This document shows, in pieces, positions 55,601 through 64,000 of a DNA stretch of 64,000 nucleotides; within the stretch, counting starts at the first letter, position 1, and each line of letters starts with the position of its first letter. This DNA is from Peribolospora baueri (Eukaryota): the NCBI GenBank assembly GCA_029717555.1, contig JAMDHS010000014.1, forward strand, positions 62,001 to 126,000, read 5' to 3'. Below the pieces are notes generated by a model that saw nothing but the letters and a program-made list of their open reading frames with translations, did not search any database and had not been told where the DNA came from. Position numbers and translations under genes: made by a program.

Positions 55601-56732
55601 GAGGGCATGACGTCTTCCACCGCAATCTGAAGCCGCGGTGTCGTCTCATCCTCGTCAAGATGAACGCTGTCTGTGTGCAGCTCGGCATGTCCGGACTCTG
55701 TTCCGGGCGCGATGTGGCCGGTTGTGAACAGGTGGGCTGAGCCGGATGCAGGGGTCGATGTTCCAGAGCCAGAAGGCGATTGGCCATGTATAGGTGAGGG
55801 GCGATATGAGTCAAAGAAACGATGAGGCTTGTGAACGGGAATCGGGAAGGGTGATGAGAGGGAAGTCGACGCGGCTGAGCTGACGTCGTCTGCGAAGATG
55901 ATCCACTGCAGTACCATTAACAAAGACGATGTCAGGGCGATCTAGCCGGCCAATAGCATATCATCCTGTACGTCAAAATATGTATGACTCAACCTGAATA
56001 GACGTATTTTGGCATCCAATATACAGCGTACGTCGCTTGGCGCTCCAGGCGAGACAGAAGATATCGCCAACATTGTCGTCCGCTGGGTAGATGATGTAGA
56101 CTGGCCGAAGAGTGCGCACATCCCAGACCTGTGAATAGGAACTGTGCTCAATTGTTCGTTCGTATGAAGACAGTAAAGATGAAGAAGGGCGCCGACACTC
56201 ACTCTGACCGTGTTGTCACCAGATGAAGAGAACAACCAACCCTTCTCAGGGGCAATTTCCATTGCCAACACGCTGCCGGTGTGGCCCTTCATTCGCGCCT
56301 TTTCCTGCAGGGTATCAAGATCCCACACCTGTGTGTAAAAAAAAAACATGCCAGGTCAGCAAGACATTTTTGAGGGAAACACGTGTCGGTACCTCATCGC
56401 AGCTTACGTAGATGTCCTCTCCCTGACTGCCGCTGAACAACTGCCTACCCTTCGCGTCGACGGCGAGAGATAGAACGGAGGTGCCATGATGCGTAATGGT
56501 ATGAACTAGAGACGGAATGCTCTGCTCTATTCCTTGTGTTGCACTCCGGGCTGCATAGTACGAGCAAAGGACAGTTAGGAAGAGTGAAATGCAACACCTT
56601 CGAGGCAAAGCATGATCTGACCACGGCGCCTCAGCCCTGAAACTCACTCTGCGGCACTGACCCAATCGGCTCCTTGTGCGTCGGCGCCTCTCCTTTAACA
56701 TCTGGCCCGACTGAGCCGGCCTGTCCCGACAT
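52613..56732 (-). CDS. DUG2: WD40 + M20 peptidase-like glutathione-degradation subunit
   Basis: N-terminal WD40 repeats (GHTGSVLA, SGSGDEDVK), then M20 motifs YGHYDVI, GRGVSDNKGP, IEGEEESGS, HSGVEGG, REGGSIP, HLPNERI. Confidence 0.9.
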
Positions 56733-56936
56733 GAGTCGTCTGTCTGTCTGCGTTCGCGAGAGGAGACGGACGACATCGAGCTTCGAAGGTTATGTATGTG
56801 ATTAGATAACGGTCCGTGCTCAGAGCACGTGATGCGGTCAGAAATCGCGTGACGTGCCGCAGTAAGTGCTTGAACGAAATGTCGAAATGTGCGCAGCTTG
56901 ACTTTTCGCTTCGGTACGTCCCCAAGACGAGAGAAG

Positions 56937-59900
56937 ATGGGCCATCTCCGACCGCGCTTCAACGCCAAAGCGAGACAGTCCTCCGCAGGTGGGGCCGCTC
57001 ACAAGAAGGGTAAAAGGAAACGCGATGACCCCAGCGACGGCGGGGCAGGGGCAGAGTCTAATGCGGAATTGATCGTGCCACATAAAGAGAGGGAGAAGAA
57101 GTTAGAGAAGGAACGGACGAGGAAGGAGGTGCATAGTTGTTTTCGATGGAGTCCTATAGATGGGCCCAAATTAGATAGAATGCTCTGACGATCAATATTT
57201 TTTTTTTCTTTTTTCCAACGCTGTAGTTGGTCGGCGCTCAGGAGCAGGAGATGTCGAGCAAGAAGCGAAAGCGGCTCGACAAGTTCATCGTGCGTATCGA
57301 AGAGACGGAGTGAGCTGAGATGTGCAGCTGTTCTCTTATGTCTATCTTTTTTTTCATTTGAACTATGCCTTGTGCTATCACAGGATGCAAAACTAAAGAA
57401 AGAAGAACGAGTGCGCTTGCTGTCCAAGCTCGCCGAGTCATCGAACAGTCTCGCCGATCACACCGCCCTCGCTTCTTCCTCTACTCTCGGCTCGGGGCAC
57501 GCTCTCACTGGGGCTCAGCGCTTGGAGCAAATGGAGAGGATGGAGAAAAAGGATGCAAGATCGGCGGTCAACCGCGCGACGGTGATGAACAAGGTTGCGA
57601 AAGGAGGAAGGAAGGGCGCGAGGATGACATCGTCTAGATTGGGTGATGGCGGCGGCGGCGGCAGTGGCGGAGATGAAGAGGAGGACGAAGAGGAAGAGGA
57701 GGACAGCAGCGAGAGCAGTGAAAGCGAGGACAGCGGTGAGGAAAAGGACGTGGATGATGAGGCGGGGAAGGTGAAGGGGAAGGAGGTAGAAGAGGCAGAG
57801 GAGGCGGAGGAAGCAGAGGCGGCGGAGGAGGCGGAGGAGGCGGAGGAGGCGGAGGAGGCGGAGGAAGCAGAGGAGGTGGAGGAGGTGGAGGAGGATGAGG
57901 AGGATGAAGACGAAGAGGAGGAGGAGAATGAAGACGAAGAGGAGGAGGGGGATGAAGACGAAGAGGAGGAGGAGGATGTCCCACAGAAGAGAAGAGCTTT
58001 CCCTCCTTCCTCTTCAACTTCTCGACGAGCCGGTGGTTTCAAGGAGTGGGCGCTCGCTCAAATGCAACAAACCGCTCAGCAGGGAAAGGGAGCAACCTCA
58101 GAGGGCGCCACACAGGGCGACAAGGCAAGCGCCGGAGACGCCACGAACGCCCTCATTCATCCTCTTTTCCCTCCAGTCAAACCTGCTGCACGAACAGACC
58201 CGTCGCAACCCGTTATGGGCCCTCTCGGTTCGCTCCCGTCCGCACCGCAAACGCCGTTCGCCCAGCATCTCCACTCCATTGCCAAGGCTGACGCACAGGC
58301 CGCAAAAGCGGACAAGCCTCGCACCGTCATCCGAAACGTCCCCGTGACAAGACCCACCGACGTTGAAGACACGCGTATGAACTTGCCGATCGTGGGAGAG
58401 GAGGAGAGGGTCATGCGTACCATCATGGAAAACCCTGTCACCGTGATCTGCGGTGAGACGGGCTCGGGAAAGACGACGCAAGTGCCCCAGTTTCTATTTG
58501 AGGCGGGCTTCGGTACCAAGGGGACCGGTGAGCGCGGAGACAAGTTTGGAGTCTTTCTCTCCTTTTGCGGGGGATGTTTAGGGACTAAATGTTGTACCGT
58601 CCTGCTGTTCTGCCGTGACAGATAACCCAGGCATGATCGGCATCACGCAACCCCGTCGAGTAGCGGCCATGTCCATGGCATCTCGCGTCGCGCACGAACT
58701 CTCTCTTCCTCCTACGCGCGTCTCCTACCAGATTCGTTACGATACCACGGTTAGCCCTACCACGTCGATCAAATTTATGACCGACGGTGTACTCCTTCGC
58801 GAGCTAGCGCAGGATTTTCTCCTGTCGAGGTATAGTGTCGTGATCGTTGATGAGGCCCACGAGCGGAGCGTGAACACGGACATTTTGGTCGGCGTGCTGA
58901 GCAGGGTGGTCAAGCTGAGGGAGACGTCCTGGAGGGAGGGTAAGGACGGAGCTTTCGTGAGTGACGCAGTCGTGATATTTAGCTGGACAACGCAAAGCGA
59001 AGGTGGAGCAAGGAGAAGGTGGTAATCTTATCTCCCATCTCATCTGTTGCGTTATGCTACTCTTGGACCGTACAGCCTCTCCGTCTCATCATCATGTCCG
59101 CCACTCTCCGCGTGTCGGACTTCACTAACAATACCACTCTTTTCAGTCAACCTCCGCCCGTCCTTGACATTTCCGGTCGTTCGCACCCCGTCACAATGCA
59201 TTTTAACCGACGAACTACACACGATTACCTTGGAGAGGCCGAGAAGAAGGTGGCAAAAATCCATGCGCGTCTGCCACCGGGCGGCATTCTGGTCTTTTTG
59301 ACGGGCCAGCAGGAGATCACGAGCATGTGCAGAAAGTTGGAGAAGAGGTTTGGGAAGAGGGCCTTGGAAGAGAAGCGGAGGGCTTCCAAACGGAGAGTGA
59401 CGGAAGCGAAACGCAGACGAGAAGAAAGGGATTCCGAGGACGAGCAAGATGAGTTACGGATTCATCTTGGCGCCAGAGAAGGTGAGACTCTGCTTGTCAC
59501 CATATCGGCCTATGACGCTCATTTGAGAGACTGACCCATCGGGAACATTTTCAGGGGTCGTGGAGAATGAGGAAATGGATCTGGGAGTAGGACGGGATGA
59601 GAATCTCGCGCTTGACGTCGATGACGGAGACGTAGACGAAAGTGCAGACGCAGACGCCTTGGACACCGACACTGATGAGGAAGATGAGCAGATTGGGGGG
59701 CTCAACGAGGAGACTGATGGTGAGCACGTCTTGCCATTTCCTCTTGAGTCTCGTGGCATGTCTGACACGCTCTCATTGCTCGTCCAGTTCCGATGCACAT
59801 CCTCCCGCTCTACTCCCTTTTGCCGTCGGACAAGCAAATGCGGGTCTTCGCACCTCCTCCGCCTGACGCTCGACTCGTAGTGGTGGCTACGAATGTGGCC

Positions 59901-61615
59901 GAGACTTCCATCACCATCCCAGGCATTAAATACGTCGTCGACGCGGGTAGGTCAAAGGAGCGCACGTACGACGTGGCCTCCGGCGTGCAGTCCTTCGAGA
60001 TTTCGTGGATCAGCAAAGCCTCGGCCGCGCAGCGGGCGGGGCGTGCAGGTCGTACGGGCCCGGGTCACTGTTACCGCCTCTACTCTAGCGCGGTTTTCGA
60101 AGACCATTTTAAGGCCTTTGCCGAGCCGGAGATCATGCGCATGCCCATTGACGGCATCGTTCTTCAGCTGAAGTCGATGAATATCGACGCCGTCGTCAAC
60201 TTTCCCTTTCCAACGCCGCCGGATCGGACCAGCCTTCGCAAAGCCGAACAGGTCCTTACGCACCTGGGCGCACTCGAGGGCAGTCCGGGTCGCAACGGGA
60301 AGAAAGAGGTAGTCGCACGAATCACCGAACTCGGAAGGGCGATGAGCATGTTCCCCGTGGCGCCCAGGTTTGCGAAGATGCTCGTCGCGGGGCAGCAAGG
60401 CGGTTGCTTGCCCTACGTCGTGGCTGTCGTCGCGGCGCTCAGCGTGGGTGATCCCTTCTTGAGAGAGATGGGATTGGAGGAGGAGGACGAGAATGAAGGA
60501 GATGACGAGGACTTGCCGGACGAGGCTGCGCATGTGACCTCAGTAGAGCAGAAGGAGAAGGAGAGAAGGAAACAGAGGAAGAGGGCGTACTTTGGCGCTC
60601 AACAGGTGGGCATATATTTTGCAAAGGAGAGTCGGGGGGAAAATCTGTTTTGCGAAGCGCTGCTCATCGAACTGCTAAACTACTTAATGACGCTCCCGGT
60701 CAGAAATTCTCCAAACTCGGTCATGGCGTGAGCGATGTCTTCAAATTGCTGAGCGTCGTTCTCGCTTATGAGACGGCCGGTGGAAGCGACGAGTTTTGCG
60801 AGAAGAACTTCCTCAGATTGAAGGTGAGTGTGACGGTCGTTGCGAGTTCCTTCGCTGTTATGAGGCTGAAGAGCCTGTTTATCTATCACCCTCATAGGCC
60901 ATGCAAGAGATCCGAAAACTTCGCGCACAGATTTCCAACATCGTCTCCTCCCTCCTTCCGGGAGTTGATACCGGCTTCGTACCCAAGCTCCCCTCTCCCT
61001 CGCCCATGCAGCTCAAGATGCTCAGACAGCTGCTCACTTCGGCCTTCATCGATCAGGTCGCTGTGCGCGCCGACCTCGTCGGCGGACCGACCAGTGCTGG
61101 CGGCGGTGGCCTCAGGCATTCTAGACGATACGGGTTCGCATATCGCGCGCTGGGCATTCAGGAAGGCGCGTTTGTACACCCCAGGTCCGTCACATTCCCC
61201 GATAGGTTGCCGGAGTGGCTTATCTTCGGGGAGGTGGAGAGGACAGACCCCGAGAGAGTCGTTCTGAAGAGTAAGTCTACCTTCTCATTGGCTTGTCGCT
61301 TCCTAGCTCAGCCGAGGAGCTAATGGATTGTCTGTCCCATTCTCGTCCCTGGTGCTAGCTATTACGACCATTAACCCGGCCTGGCTCTCCACCCTCGGTC
61401 GCACCATGTGCACGTACTCCGAAAAGCCGCTCAGTCTCCCTACCTCGCATCTGGCCAAGAAAGGCGGATCGACGACGAGCGGCCAGATTGGCGGGAGGAA
61501 GGGCGAGACGAGGGAGGTGTTCGTCGTTCCCAAGTTTGGACCCGGGGTCGGGTGGGAGTTGCCGCCGGAGAAAAAGACGCAAAGGTTGGTGAATGGACGA
61601 TGGGTTCTCGCATAA
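56937..61615 (+). CDS. DHR1: DEAH-box RNA helicase Dhr1/Ecm16 (DHX37), SSU processome
   Basis: [79 protein letters not shown]. Confidence 0.95.
57672..57978 (+). repeat. Coding Glu-rich tandem repeats (GAGGAGGCG)n and EDEEEE units inside DHR1
   Basis: Direct 9-bp and about 24-bp reiterations encode (EEA)n and DEDEEEE. Confidence 0.9.
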
Positions 61616-62208
61616 GTCAGGCCTCCATATTTTCCATTTCTCATGCGACGCGGCCGCCGGAATTATACGACGCCCTGTATACTAGGTAGCTATGCCCTTC
61701 CTCGCTCGTGTGGTGGTCACCATCGGACTGGGTAGTGTATAGAGCACATCGAACGCTGCGAAGGCGGGCTTACAACAAGTTGAAACTTTCCTTGGAAGCC
61801 GTGACCGGCACTCCACCGCAAGTACAGGCAATGCGTGAGCTGGGATGCGGTGATTGGACGATCAGCGTGCAATGTACATTTTCGACGAGCGGGGGACGAG
61901 TCCTACTCGCAAGTACAGACAAAGAAGGGGAAGGGGCGAGTTTGCGAGAGGGGTATCTATCAAAGCGCCACATGAGCCCGCGGGAAGGATGCAGGGGTGG
62001 AAAATCGAGAAAATAGGACGGATAGGGATAAAGAGCATGTGTGCGTTGCCGTTGCCCGTGGCGAAGGGCGCGGGGAGGTGTGGAAGGAGTACAGAGGTGT
62101 GGATGGGGCAAGATGTAGTGATCGGGACGGGAGGGGAATGGAAGAAAAAACACAAAGCGTGGACTAGGATGCGCAAATAGGGATCTAGGAAGAGCGAATG
62201 AAGAAAAT

Positions 62209-63362
62209 TCATCGACTCTCCTCCGATGGTCCTCGCGGTGAAGCCTGTCCAGCTGCCGGCGCCGGTGCCGGCGCCATCGTGGGGGCGGCAGAAGAGGCGT
62301 TCTGTAGATGAAGGAGTTCTCTCAAGACGCGGTTCTCCTCCTCGAGCTTCTCCATCTCGATCATCCACTCCAACGCCTTGTCGCCTCCCCCAGTCGGTCC
62401 GATGTCTCCAGCGCCTAAGCCGCCGACTGAAGAGCCTGTCCGCCTGCCAATATAGCCGCCCTGTCCTTCCCTCCGCCACTCCTCGTCCCCAGACTCCGCT
62501 TCAGGGTCCTCGCCCTCGAGTGTTCGAAGAGCGTTTCGGACGAGATGAGAGAGGTGGGAAAGAGCGAGAGAGTTGGATGTCGTTTCGGAAAGCGATTGGG
62601 CAGCGAGATTGTGCGCTGACGAAGCGAGGAGGGACTCATAGTGCCGGGTGAGGTTAAGTGCATGTTGCTGGGAGGAGTGCTGAGAACGCGAAAATAGAGG
62701 GAATACGTCGTCTGAGCCAGAATCGCCTTAGCATCGGCCTCGGGCGACAAATTCGGCCTCACCGACTGCGCTCGGAACTTGTCCATTACAGTCTCGAGTG
62801 TATTCTCGTATTCTTTCAAGAGCTGACTCAGTTGCTTGTTCTCATGTTGCAGCGCCTGGTTCTCGAGCACCAGATTTGCGTTCAGTTGTTCGAGCTCTGA
62901 CTCGAACTCCTCTGCGTTATGGAAGGAAGCGGAGCACACCATAGGTGAAGTTTGTTAAAGAAAAGGAGGAAGGAAAACGAATGTGGGTGACCATGTCAGC
63001 CCCAGTCCCATTATTTGGACTGATCAAATAGGGACCGCCGTGCGGAGGGCGCCAGCATGGCAAGGGCATAACGCGAGCGACTGACCCTTGGAGACATCCG
63101 TGTTGAACCTCCGCAATGCGTAGCCCGTAGTATTGTGAAAAGCCTGGCCCTGAGCGATACGAGACAAACGGGGGGAGTAAAGAGCGGCGTCAGACTGGAG
63201 CACATATCCTCGCCGCAAAGGACACGTCCACCGACGACCGACCTTGAGGTCGTCAGCTTGGGCCTGCAGCCTGGCGGCCAGCTCGCGATTCTCAGACAGT
63301 TGGGAGGAGAGCTCGACAACGAGCGTCCAGAGACGCTGGATATCGTCGTCGACCACCGTCAT
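62209..63362 (-). CDS. Conserved fungal coiled-coil protein, SIKE/Far3-like (putative STRIPAK subunit)
   Basis: [80 protein letters not shown]. Family call from memory; start uncertain. Confidence 0.6.
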
Positions 63363-64000
63363 GTTGGCCGCCTGTTTGAGTGCTTGTGCGCCGAGGACAA
63401 AGTCGAAACAGGGACGTGGTAGTGGCGGTGATGGAACAACGACGCGGGGTGCCTGCCGCAGCAGTGGACTAGGGTTATCGACGGGCCCTTGGAGTCGTTG
63501 CGGGTCGGTCAGACATTTAAGAGACGACGACGATGACGACGATAACGATGACTTCGACAATGATGACGGCGACGTGGACGACAAGTTGCTCGTGACGAAG
63601 AACGGCATGGTCGAGATGGGAGTACGTTGATGCTGAACCAGGGCGCTAGGCGATCGGCAGACCTCGACCTCGTTCTCCGTTTCAGCCCTGTCCCATCGGC
63701 TCCCTGTCCGCACCGCCCGTCATAGCATACACTTCTTGTCTCGGCTCCCTCGTCAGAGCTGTTTCAATGCAGCCCTTCCTACAATGATGATGCTTTTACT
63801 TTTTTTATTGCGCATTGCGCATCGTGGGCGAGGCCGGTCTTCTGAAGGAAAGGGCACCAGGTTGGGTCTGAGCCAGGCGCATGTACGCGATTCATCAGAG
63901 TCTTGTTTTACACTGACAGCGCCTTCAGGATGCATGCACCATCATGGCTATATAGTCGGCGTCGTCTCTGGCCTCTGATCCCTTCTTCTCATCCTGCGGC

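Noticed and set aside
57515..58042. Poly-Ser and poly-Pro ORFs on the minus strand
   Set aside because: Antisense shadows of the Glu-rich DHR1 tract.

Overview
Gene-dense, intron-rich (mostly GT-AG) eukaryotic DNA, most consistent with a basidiomycete fungus. About 18 spliced protein-coding genes can be reconstructed by eye: PEX3 (running off the left edge), two GH18 chitinases, an Rkm5-like methyltransferase, an HD-domain nucleotidase, an SLC35F6-like transporter, a large F-box-like unknown, an acetyl-CoA transporter, a WD40-cyclophilin, a LOA1/VPS66-like acyltransferase, SSL2/XPB, a GRAM-TBC Rab-GAP, a purple acid phosphatase, RPL15, an SDR, cytosolic LeuRS, DUG2, DHR1 and a SIKE/Far3-like coiled-coil protein. 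The one accessory island (about 2.4-5.7 kb) holds a decayed MULE-like transposase and a rearranged Ty1/copia element that keeps one LTR and its PBS. Each relic carries its own fold-back inverted repeat (86-bp arms and roughly 200-bp arms), both downstream of the LTR. This makes the island a candidate hairpin-RNA (siRNA-source) transposon-silencing locus and the most interesting structure in the window. Exon boundaries and family calls come from reading the sequence and recalled motifs; no database search was run.
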